Shown piece after piece: positions 22,573-30,852 of a stretch of 64,000 nt of DNA (positions are counted from its first letter, which is position 1; every line of letters starts with the position of its first letter). The DNA is from Smithella sp. Its GTDB lineage: Bacteria > Desulfobacterota > Syntrophia > Syntrophales > Smithellaceae. Position numbers and translations under genes: made by a program. The notes below the pieces were generated by a model. That model ran no database searches. It worked only from the letters and a program-made list of their open reading frames with translations, and had not been told where the DNA came from. The stretch spans positions 92,192-156,191 of the forward strand of contig DATKPG010000002.1 in the NCBI GenBank assembly GCA_035524255.1, written 5' to 3'.

Positions 22573-22660
22573 ATTCCAAAACGTTTCAACATGAGGTAAT
22601 GGGGGGTGCGCCGTTTAGGGAATCTGTTATATCGTTTGAACAGTCAGCGAAAGGGGGAGG

Positions 22661-22684
22661 CTCACAAGGCTTATGCCTTGTGAG
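22661..22684 (+). other. perfect 10-bp stem / 4-nt loop hairpin in the acd-etfB spacer
   Basis: CTCACAAGGCttatGCCTTGTGAG, followed by a second 5-bp stem, GGGGCgacgtgaGCCCC. There is no T-tract. Confidence 0.4.
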
Positions 22685-22714
22685 GGGGCGACGTGAGCCC
22701 CTATGATAGGCATT

Positions 22715-23551
22715 ATGTTGAATCTCGTAGTATGTCTAAAACAAGTTCCCATGGTTACAGAACTGCCGTGGGATGAAAAAACCGGCACACTCAGACGTGA
22801 TCTCGCTCCCGGAATGATGAATCCGGCCTGCAAGCACGCTCTCGAGGCCGCGCTGCAAATAAAAGAAAAAATTTCCGCGCATATTACTGCCATCACCATG
22901 GGGCCGCCGGCTGCCGAAGAAGTGCTGCTCGAAGCTATGGCTTTGGGTGCCGACAGGGGAATCCTTATTTGCGATAAGCTTCTGGCCGGGTCGGATACCT
23001 ACGCCACATCGTTGATTTTAACAGCGGCAATCAGGAAGAAATGTCCTAAATTTGATCTTATCCTTTGCGGTGCATATACCGCGGATAGTGAGACCGCGCA
23101 GGTCGGTCCGCAATTAGCTGAAGAATTGGATTTACCGGCGGCGGCCTATATTGAAAAGCTGGAAATTTCCGGCCGGACATTGCGCGTTCGCCGGCTCGTG
23201 GATAATTTTCGTGAAACTCTCGAGATGGAATTCCCGGCGCTGGTGACTGTTTCCATGGAAAATTACAGACCGCGCTACACAAAACTTGTTGGCCTGGAAA
23301 ATGCTTTTTGCGGAAATGAGATTATCGTTCTTGACGCGGCAACTCTGGGCATAAAAGCTTTGTCATCTGAAGGCAGAGGCTCGCGCACTAAAGTGCGAAG
23401 AGTCTTTTTAAGAAAAGCCCAGAAAGAAAACGTGCTGATTCATGGAACAGCTTCTGCTGTCGTTACGGAATTTCTGGACAAGTATCAAAGAAAAATCGGC
23501 ACGGTAATCGGCAAATCTATTGAGGGAAACAAGCTTAATGACGAAGAGTAA
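22715..23551 (+). CDS. etfB: electron transfer flavoprotein beta subunit
   Basis: 'LNLVVCLKQVP' N-terminus. Paired with etfA. The start could also be 22703. Confidence 0.9.
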   Translation: MLNLVVCLKQVPMVTELPWDEKTGTLRRDLAPGMMNPACKHALEAALQIKEKISAHITAITMGPPAAEEVLLEAMALGADRGILICDKLLAGSDTYATSLILTAAIRKKCPKFDLILCGAYTADSETAQVGPQLAEELDLPAAAYIEKLEISGRTLRVRRLVDNFRETLEMEFPALVTVSMENYRPRYTKLVGLENAFCGNEIIVLDAATLGIKALSSEGRGSRTKVRRVFLRKAQKENVLIHGTASAVVTEFLDKYQRKIGTVIGKSIEGNKLNDEE

Positions 23552-24542
23552 TAAAAAAAGCATCTGGGTATTTGGCGATTACCGCAATTATTATCAAAAT
23601 CGTGTAACGCTGCAGTTGATTTCCAAAGCCATGGATCTGGCCAAGCCTATCAACGCGGAGGTTTGCGCGTTGATTTTTGGTTATGAAATTGACGAATGGA
23701 TTATGGAATATACGGCTCATGGAGCGGATAGAATCCTGGCAATTGATGATCCCGCCCTAAAGAGTTACAGCACGGAAAGATATCTGGCTATCATAGAAAT
23801 TCTGGCCAAACAAAGAGATCCGGAAATTATACTGATCGGCGCTACGGACTTTGGCCGTGAATTCGCGCCGCGGCTGGCCAAGCGTTTAAAGACCGGTTTA
23901 TCCGCCGATTGCGTGGGACTCGATATTTCGCAAGACGGCCTATTGTTGCAAATAGCTCCTTCGTTTGGCGGTAACATGCTTGCGGAAATCGTAACCGAAC
24001 TCCATCGTCCCCAGATGGCTACGGTGCGGCCGGGAACATTTAAGGAAATACCGCACGATTATCAAAGAAAAGCTTTGGTTGAACGTTTGCCCTTGATGAA
24101 AAATCTGCCGAAACCCCGTGTTCGTCTTGTGGAGTATGAACGTTCTGTTGAAAAAGAACATACTATTGAGAATGCTTCGGTTATCGTTTGCGGGGGCCGT
24201 GGTATGCGCAATAGGGAAAAATTCAAAAAACTTCAGGAGTTGGCCAGGCTTTTGGGAGGCGATGTGGGCGCCACCCGGCCGGTCGTTTACGCCGGATGGG
24301 CTGACCATGGGGCGCTTGTGGGCCAGGCCGGAAAGCACATCAAACCGAAGATCCTTTTTTCTTTCGGCATCAGCGGCGCCATTCAACACACGGCGGGACT
24401 TGGCGAAGCTGATTTTATAGTCGCGATCAATAGAAATCCGCAGGCAACGATGATAAAAATGTCCGATGTGGCTATAGTTGGCGATGCCAGTGACGTCCTC
24501 AATAATTTAATTAAAGAACTGAAAAAGAGAATCAGAGAATAA
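23538..24542 (+). CDS. etfA: electron transfer flavoprotein alpha subunit
   Basis: 'GISGAIQHTAG' FAD-binding signature. ATG at 23538 (SD GAGGGAA) overlaps the etfB end. Confidence 0.9.
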   Translation: MTKSNKKSIWVFGDYRNYYQNRVTLQLISKAMDLAKPINAEVCALIFGYEIDEWIMEYTAHGADRILAIDDPALKSYSTERYLAIIEILAKQRDPEIILIGATDFGREFAPRLAKRLKTGLSADCVGLDISQDGLLLQIAPSFGGNMLAEIVTELHRPQMATVRPGTFKEIPHDYQRKALVERLPLMKNLPKPRVRLVEYERSVEKEHTIENASVIVCGGRGMRNREKFKKLQELARLLGGDVGATRPVVYAGWADHGALVGQAGKHIKPKILFSFGISGAIQHTAGLGEADFIVAINRNPQATMIKMSDVAIVGDASDVLNNLIKELKKRIRE

Positions 24543-24563
24543 TTTTCATAAAGGAGTCATGTT

Positions 24564-25676
24564 ATGATTAAATCCAGACTCTGTGATCTGGTCGGCATTC
24601 AATATCCTATCATTCAGGCGGGCATGGGACCTTTCAGCAACAACAAACTTGGCGTAGCCGCGGCCAATGCCGGTGTTCTGGGCTTGTTTTCGACAAGCGG
24701 GCTCTGCAATAAGGACTTTCTGCCGTTTATCTACAGTGACTGGATCAAGAGCGCCGGGGCCGATCCTCAAGACGACATAACGTCTGCGTTGGAGAAATTG
24801 CTCAAGAAAGCATATCTATTGACTAAAGACACAAATGGTGTGTTTGGAATCAATGTGATGGTATCGGCAGAGCTGCTATTTCAGGCACAGATGATTATTG
24901 ATACTGCCATTGGGGTGCGGAAGGCAAATCCGGGCATGGAAAAACACTTTAAGGTTATCTTTACGTCCGCGGGAGATCCTGTGTCCTGGCGCGATAAGAT
25001 AAAGGGAGCTGGTTTTACATGGATGCATGTTGTTCCGTCGGTTAAGGGTGCTCAGCGATGCAAAAAAGCAGGCGTCGATGTTATCGTGGCATCCGGACAT
25101 GAAGGAGGCTTTCACACATCCTGGGAACCGGTTCATTCGATGATTCTGCTGCCCGCTGTTGTGGAAGCGGTTTCCGATGAAAAGACCCTGGTATGCGGAG
25201 CCGGTGGCTTTTGTGACGGTAAAACTCTGGCCGCCGCGCTGGTGATGGGTGCCGACGGTGTGCAGATGGGAACAAGGTTCCTCGCGACACAGGAAAGTGA
25301 TTTCCCCCTGATTTGGAGAAAAGGTGTTGTCAATGCAGGGGACAGGGGGACGCTCGTTGCCCGCGGATTTGTGGGACCGGCGCGCTGGATAAAGAATCCC
25401 CGCAGTGAAGAACACGCCAGAAACACATTGCAGAAATCACCCGGATGTTTTTTGGGAGTTCCGGATGATATGGCATCGATTGATCTATCGTTGATTATGT
25501 TTGAACTCGACTCCATGAAGGCCGCCTATGAAGGCGACGAAGAGAAGGCGCTACTGGCAGCCGGTGAAGTTGCGCAGCGCATCAATGACATGCCCAAAGT
25601 AAAAGATTTGGTGAGGGTTATGGTCAGGGACGCGGAGGATATACTGAAAAGCGTGCAGACAAAGATGCTCGCGTGA
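24564..25676 (+). CDS. NAD(P)H-dependent flavin oxidoreductase (nitronate monooxygenase / FabK-like enoyl reductase family)
   Basis: 'IIQAGMGPFS' and 'GADGVQMGTRFLAT'. Last gene of the acd-etfBA operon. Confidence 0.8.
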   Translation: MIKSRLCDLVGIQYPIIQAGMGPFSNNKLGVAAANAGVLGLFSTSGLCNKDFLPFIYSDWIKSAGADPQDDITSALEKLLKKAYLLTKDTNGVFGINVMVSAELLFQAQMIIDTAIGVRKANPGMEKHFKVIFTSAGDPVSWRDKIKGAGFTWMHVVPSVKGAQRCKKAGVDVIVASGHEGGFHTSWEPVHSMILLPAVVEAVSDEKTLVCGAGGFCDGKTLAAALVMGADGVQMGTRFLATQESDFPLIWRKGVVNAGDRGTLVARGFVGPARWIKNPRSEEHARNTLQKSPGCFLGVPDDMASIDLSLIMFELDSMKAAYEGDEEKALLAAGEVAQRINDMPKVKDLVRVMVRDAEDILKSVQTKMLA

Positions 25677-25784
25677 GACCATTACTAAATCAAAGCGCTA
25701 TCTTTGTTGGCTCGAAGTCGGCTTCCTCAACGTATTACCATATACGCCTCGCCGCCTCGATATCATCTTTGATTTAGAAATGGT
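25677..25784 (+). repeat. intergenic imperfect-palindrome repeat, copy A
   Basis: The arms 'accattactaaatcaaagcgctatc' and 'gatatcatctttgatttagaaatggt' are reverse complements with 4 mismatches. The core is 'cctcaacgtattaccatatacgcctcg'. Confidence 0.65.
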
Positions 25785-25789
25785 TTTAA

Positions 25790-25907
25790 GCTGATAAAAA
25801 ACGCTCATCTGCTGCGTTGCGCTGCAAACCGCACCGCTCGACGTATGTTTAGATACGCCTCGCAGTTCGCTTTTTGCGCGCCTTGCATCTGAACATTTTT
25901 AAACAGC
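25790..25907 (+). repeat. intergenic imperfect-palindrome repeat, copy B
   Basis: Core 'gctcgacgtatgtttagatacgcctcg', and 'ttgcgcgccttgcatctg' shared exactly with copy D. The outer arms 'gctgataaaaaacgctcatctgc' and 'gcatctgaacatttttaaacagc' are roughly complementary. Confidence 0.65.
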
Positions 25908-25912
25908 TCGAC

Positions 25913-25993
25913 ATTTTCAAAGCATTCCGAGGAATGCGCTCTACGTTGATTACCAATTTGCCGCCTCGATATCATCTTTGATTTAGAAATGGT
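25913..25993 (+). repeat. intergenic repeat, copy C (shortened A-type unit)
   Basis: The right 34 nt, 'gccgcctcgatatcatctttgatttagaaatggt' (25960-25993), are identical to 25751-25784. The left half carries deletions. Confidence 0.6.
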
Positions 25994-26006
25994 CTAAGCT
26001 GAATAT

Positions 26007-26033
26007 CAAAAAGCCGGAAAATATCCGGCTTTT
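26007..26033. terminator. bidirectional rho-independent terminator (NMO-like operon / MFS gene)
   Basis: aaaaaGCCGGAaaataTCCGGCtttt. Confidence 0.8.
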
Positions 26034-26099
26034 ATTTTTATTCAGCGGCAGATGCCGATAACGCATCTGCCAAATGAGTCGGCGAAAAGTCTGATGACA

Positions 26100-27494
26100 C
26101 TAATGATTATTGTTGCCATTGTGCATCTTTCCCCGTGCCAGCGACGCAAAAACTCCCCCGCTGCAGATGACAGCCAGTGTGGCAAAAATAAATTTGGAGC
26201 TTCTTAATAGAAGAAAATTATTAGCTTCGGAAATAGGATGATCTCCTAAAATAACGGCAAAAATAAGCATGGTGATGCCCATGCTGGACATTTGGCCCGT
26301 AAGCCTCATGGTGCCTAGCGTTGCCGATGCAACACCATAGTATTTTTTTTCCACGGCGCTCATTATGGCGTTGACGTTGGGTGAAGAAAAAAGCGCGAAA
26401 CCGATGCCAAGCAATATAAGGCACAACACAACGTGTTCGATGCTTGTTTTGCCGTCCAGAAAAATCAGCTGTGCAAGACCTGTCACGGTAATGGCCATGC
26501 CGATGGATGAAATAAACTGCGGTTCAAAACGATCGGAGAGTTTTCCGGCGAAAGGTGAAAGTAGGGCCTGCATAACAGGCGCTGCTACAAGAATGATGCC
26601 GGTCTGTGACGGGGTTAGCATTTTAATGTGCTGCAGATAGAGGCTGAGTAAAAAAGTCACTGCAAATGTGGCGCAGTAATTGATCAAAGCGGCTAAATTG
26701 GAAAAAGCAAAAACCTTATTGTTCAGAAACAGATGTATGTTGACTAAAGGAAATGGACTCTTCAACTGCTGAAATACAAATAATGCGAGGAATATGACCC
26801 CTGTGCCGATTAAAAATGCCGCGTTCAATGATGGCAACCGGGAAAAGCCGTACATCATGGCAAAAAGAGAGAATCCATAAATGAGGGATCCGGTAATGTC
26901 AAAACCTTCACCGTTGGTTCCCGAATAATCATCCTTAATTGTTGCGGTGACAATGAGTATAATCATTAAGCCCAACACAACCGTAAAAAGAAAAATGTAT
27001 CTCCATCCCAGATGCTGGGTTAGCAATCCGCCGATAAAAGGACCAATGGTTAGTCCGATATAGACCGCTGCTGTATTGATTCCTATTATTTTACCACGAT
27101 CTTCGAGAGGATAGGCCGAAATCAGCATTGCCGTACCGGTGCTGAAGATCATGGCTCCGCCTATTCCCTGCATGGCCCGCGCGGCAATTAGAAAAAATTG
27201 CGACGGAGACCAGATGCAAAATGATGAAGCTATTGTAAAAATTAATGCTCCATAAATAAAAAATCTTCTTCGGCCGTAAATGTCAGCCAAACGGCCCAGG
27301 GGAATAAGTGTTATTGCGGCCGCCAAAATAAAGGAAGTTGCGACCCAACCCAGCGACAGGGCTGTCATGGATAATTCTTTGGCTATGGCAGGAAGGGCTA
27401 CGTTGACTGCTGAACCCATAAACGGCGTCAGAAAAGAGCTTAATGTAGTAACCAGAAGAATATACAATTGTTTTTTATTGGCGGCTATCTTCAT
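26100..27494 (-). CDS. MFS transporter, DHA2 (EmrB/QacA-like, about 14 TMS) family
   Basis: 464 aa, with the 'LGRLADIYGRRR' MFS motif A. Confidence 0.85.
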   Translation of the reverse strand: MKIAANKKQLYILLVTTLSSFLTPFMGSAVNVALPAIAKELSMTALSLGWVATSFILAAAITLIPLGRLADIYGRRRFFIYGALIFTIASSFCIWSPSQFFLIAARAMQGIGGAMIFSTGTAMLISAYPLEDRGKIIGINTAAVYIGLTIGPFIGGLLTQHLGWRYIFLFTVVLGLMIILIVTATIKDDYSGTNGEGFDITGSLIYGFSLFAMMYGFSRLPSLNAAFLIGTGVIFLALFVFQQLKSPFPLVNIHLFLNNKVFAFSNLAALINYCATFAVTFLLSLYLQHIKMLTPSQTGIILVAAPVMQALLSPFAGKLSDRFEPQFISSIGMAITVTGLAQLIFLDGKTSIEHVVLCLILLGIGFALFSSPNVNAIMSAVEKKYYGVASATLGTMRLTGQMSSMGITMLIFAVILGDHPISEANNFLLLRSSKFIFATLAVICSGGVFASLARGKMHNGNNNH

Positions 27495-27513
27495 TTAATA
27501 ATTATAAGCGCGA

Positions 27514-28977
27514 TTAATCACGGGGGAAAGTTTTTTTATAGAGTTTGGAGAAATTATCCTTACCGCAGGCCATCATCAATGTGAGAGGCATGACTTTTTT
27601 TGCCTGTTTGAGCATTTTTTCCGTGAGGTTTCTGACATCCCACTGGGCGTGCAGATCAGCGCGCAGACGTGCCAGATGATACATTTCACGGGCGTTGAAT
27701 TTCATCAGGACCCGTTTACGGTGGGCATTGGTCAAAACATAAGCGGCGGCAGCAGGCGCTTTTTTCAGGATTTGTTCGTAAATGCTTACTGTCTGACTCA
27801 TAATTTTCATAAAATCCTTTTGCCGGCCGATGGCTTTTATGGAAGGAGGCACGGTTACGCCCAAATCCGGATTATAATCCTGGACTATTATCGTGGACAT
27901 ACGGTGTCTTTTTAGCTGAGCAAAGCAACTGGAACTCAATATCAGTTCAAATTGCAGATCAACATTTTCCATTTCCCTGAGCACCTGGTCGTGAGACTTA
28001 ATATTGGCGAAAGCCGTTTTGAACAAAGCATTTTTATCCTTCGAGGTCATATGGCCTGCCATGTTTAAACACCTGGTGTAATCTATACCGGATGAAGTAA
28101 ACAACAGGGCGGCGGCAATGCGGTCATCGGACGCCGGGGAAAAAGACACTAAACGCACATCAGATGATTTTGTTGAACCCTTGAGATATTTTTTCGATGC
28201 AACAGAGGCCTGATGACGCAGATTTTTTCCGGTGAATTTGTCGTAATCGGTGGCTTCGGTGTAACGGATAAGAGAAGGTGCGATTTCTTTTGTTGCCGCG
28301 AACAGATTGCGGCTGTATTCCTGAGCCTCAGCAAGGGGGTTGGCGGCGAGGCGCCTGAGCATTAATTCAAGATTGCGGGCATTTATGGTCATGCCCAGTT
28401 GTGTTTGGGTGGCCATGGATATGGCGTAGCGGGCGTCTTCCTTTGCCCATCCTTCCAGCATGGACTTGTTTGCCGGATTTTCTGCCAGCTCTTTATTTTG
28501 ATCAAAGACAAATGGTCTTAATTGTGCGTAAAGCTCATGATAAAATTCATTTTGCATGGTGACGGTTGAGACAAACAGATCCGTCAAATTGGCCTGTTTT
28601 ATTTCTTCAGGAATCACGAAATCCTTGTTGAAAAGAACATAACGCTGCGATTTTTCCGTAAAAGAACATAACCGGAACTTTTCTATTTCCTCCACAAGAA
28701 ATCTCGATACGCCTATAACGTCAATATTGAATACGGCGTGTTCCGCGACGGAACTGTGCCCCATGTCAAAAACGATATTGCGGTTGGATTGACGCGCCTT
28801 TTCCACTTCATCGCGGGATATTTCGCGCAGTTCATTGACAGGCTTCGGGCTGCGGCTGATCCGGGCGTAGGCCGCGGATATGGTTTCCGGCGTTAAGTCC
28901 TGTGTATATCCGCTTTTATCTTTTAACGCGCGGATCATGTCGTAATCAATATTATAGCCGGCGAGAAGAATTTTCAT
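27514..28977 (-). CDS. thyX: FAD-dependent thymidylate synthase ThyX, fused double-domain form
   Basis: Two ThyX-like halves. The N half has 'HSSVAEH' and 'SFTEKSQRY'. The C half has 'LKRHRMST' and 'NAREMYHLARLRADLHAQWDVR'. Confidence 0.85.
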   Translation of the reverse strand: MKILLAGYNIDYDMIRALKDKSGYTQDLTPETISAAYARISRSPKPVNELREISRDEVEKARQSNRNIVFDMGHSSVAEHAVFNIDVIGVSRFLVEEIEKFRLCSFTEKSQRYVLFNKDFVIPEEIKQANLTDLFVSTVTMQNEFYHELYAQLRPFVFDQNKELAENPANKSMLEGWAKEDARYAISMATQTQLGMTINARNLELMLRRLAANPLAEAQEYSRNLFAATKEIAPSLIRYTEATDYDKFTGKNLRHQASVASKKYLKGSTKSSDVRLVSFSPASDDRIAAALLFTSSGIDYTRCLNMAGHMTSKDKNALFKTAFANIKSHDQVLREMENVDLQFELILSSSCFAQLKRHRMSTIIVQDYNPDLGVTVPPSIKAIGRQKDFMKIMSQTVSIYEQILKKAPAAAAYVLTNAHRKRVLMKFNAREMYHLARLRADLHAQWDVRNLTEKMLKQAKKVMPLTLMMACGKDNFSKLYKKTFPRD

Positions 28978-28980
28978 AGT

Positions 28981-29787
28981 TTACAAACTCACAAGTTCCA
29001 CGCGGCCCAGCGTGCGTCCGAGAAATCGTTCGCCGATGGTCTGGAAGCGGTAAGGAACATCACTTACACAAAACAGATAATCCGGCGGCGTGTTATTGGT
29101 ATTGCCGATATTTTGGTTTTTAACCAAATCGGCGGCTATATCAGCCATTGCTTCCGCTGAATCAATAAGATTTACGTCTTTTCCCATGGTATCCCGCAGT
29201 AATGGTTTTAAAAGAGGATAATGGGTACAGCCCAAAACCAGCGTATCGATTTGTTCAGCGATAACCGGTTTTAAATATTCCTGAGCGATAAGCTTTGTTG
29301 CCGGATGATCAAACCATCCTTCTTCCACCAGAGGCACGAAAAGGGGGCAGGCCTGCGAAAAAACCGTCGCTTCCTTATCCAGCAGATGGATAGCCCGGGC
29401 GTAGGCGTTACTGTTGATCGTTGCCGGCGTTCCGATGACTCCGATTGATTTCTTGCGTGTGTTTTTAGTTGCCATACGGGCGCTGGCGTCAATGACTTCC
29501 AGCACAGGTACAGGGGACAGGTTAACTATTGTCTGATAAGCAACTGCCGCCATGGTGTTACAGGCAACGATTAGCAATTTTACATTTTTTTCGATCAGGA
29601 ATTCAGTAATTTGCGCCGCATAACGGTTTATTGTTTCCACCGATTTGATACCGTAGGGTACACGCGCGGTATCGCCGAAATAAATGATGTTTTCAAAAGG
29701 CAGGCGTTCCATCAAAGAACGAACGACCGTGAGGCCGCCAATACCGGAATCGAATACGCCTATGGCGCGATTAGTTTTTAAATTCAT
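28981..29787 (-). CDS. murI: glutamate racemase
   Basis: 'GVFDSGIGGLTV', 'VACNTM' and 'LGCTHYPLL' (the two catalytic Cys). Confidence 0.92.
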   Translation of the reverse strand: MNLKTNRAIGVFDSGIGGLTVVRSLMERLPFENIIYFGDTARVPYGIKSVETINRYAAQITEFLIEKNVKLLIVACNTMAAVAYQTIVNLSPVPVLEVIDASARMATKNTRKKSIGVIGTPATINSNAYARAIHLLDKEATVFSQACPLFVPLVEEGWFDHPATKLIAQEYLKPVIAEQIDTLVLGCTHYPLLKPLLRDTMGKDVNLIDSAEAMADIAADLVKNQNIGNTNNTPPDYLFCVSDVPYRFQTIGERFLGRTLGRVELVSL

Positions 29788-29995
29788 GAGTTATTCTGTA
29801 CGGTTAATTTAAAATACTTATTTCCACAATATGGCATTGGGAAAATGTTTATCATATCTAATCAAAATATAGCAAGATTTCTTATAGAGATTATTTGTAA
29901 AGAAAACCGACAGGTATAAAAAATAATGTTTATGTAACTTAATGGGGGCTTCATATAAACACGGTGAACTTCAAACCGTCACTTAAACACTATAT

Positions 29996-30808
29996 TTAAA
30001 GATATATTTTACTTTTCTGTTTTTGCATGCTCTCACCCGTAATTTTTTCCATTTCTATCTTGAACGACCAGCTGTCGGAGATGTCATTGATTCTCAAAAC
30101 ATTTTCAGGGCAATTGTTTATGCAATCAAAACAGGCGATACATTTTTCTTTGTCGGCTTCACCGGATTTGGCTTTCATGGCTCCGGTGGGACATGATTCC
30201 TCGCAAACCAGACACATGCCGCATTCGTCTCCGCCTCTGGTCGGGAGCTGTGTGAGCACGTTAAATTTAAACGATTCAAGAGAATCAAGCTGTTCTTCCG
30301 TGAAATGGGTTTGCTCCAGGATCGCCTTGTCCTCACCGGTAAATCGCTTGTATGTTTTTCTGGCATATTCTTTTGCCATTTCAAAACAGGATTCATCCGG
30401 TTGATCTTCCATAGCTCTCCGGCCGCGACGGTTGAAAGCATAGAAGCCCGTAAACTCCGCGGAGGATACAATGATAAAGTTCTGATTTCCTAAAAGTTGC
30501 CCTGTGGAATAATGAATCGGGTGAATGCCAAATCCGCCATAGGTGAAGAAAGTTGAACATTTTTTACCCTGTCCATTCAGGGTTATGATCCAATCTTTTA
30601 CTACTTTTGGAGCCCGCCAGGAATGAATAGGCACTCCAAATACAACCGCGTGATAAGGCTTGAAATCAATTGTTCTTTGTCTATTGGCATGGGAAGTTAT
30701 ATCATACATGCTGACTTGGCTTCCCATTTTTGCGAATGTTTCTCCAACGACCTTTGCGATTTTTCCGGTGATTCCTGTGGCTGAAAAATACAAAATCAAC
30801 AACTTCAT
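29996..30808 (-). CDS. flavodoxin-like domain fused to a 2x[4Fe-4S] ferredoxin domain (EFR1-like)
   Basis: 'LILYFSATGITGKIA' flavodoxin N-terminus. C-terminal 'CGMCLVCEESCP' and 'CIACFDCINNCP'. Confidence 0.75.
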   Translation of the reverse strand: MKLLILYFSATGITGKIAKVVGETFAKMGSQVSMYDITSHANRQRTIDFKPYHAVVFGVPIHSWRAPKVVKDWIITLNGQGKKCSTFFTYGGFGIHPIHYSTGQLLGNQNFIIVSSAEFTGFYAFNRRGRRAMEDQPDESCFEMAKEYARKTYKRFTGEDKAILEQTHFTEEQLDSLESFKFNVLTQLPTRGGDECGMCLVCEESCPTGAMKAKSGEADKEKCIACFDCINNCPENVLRINDISDSWSFKIEMEKITGESMQKQKSKIYL

Positions 30809-30852
30809 ACTATATTACAAAACAAAAAATCTTTGTTTTATCCCTTTTTTAT

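Noticed and set aside
21747-25516. Antisense or alternative-frame ORFs of 127-179 aa within the acd-etfBA-NMO operon (21747-22262, 23940-24389, 24876-25415, 25133-25516).
   Set aside because: Each is completely covered by a sense gene with family signatures. The compositions are those of shadow ORFs.
25677-26002. A possible CRISPR array, because of repeated sequence blocks downstream of the NMO-like gene.
   Set aside because: The units are about 85-120 bp imperfect palindromes lying directly adjacent, not 25-40 bp repeats alternating with unique spacers. No cas genes or leader are present, and homologous single copies occur in other spacers.
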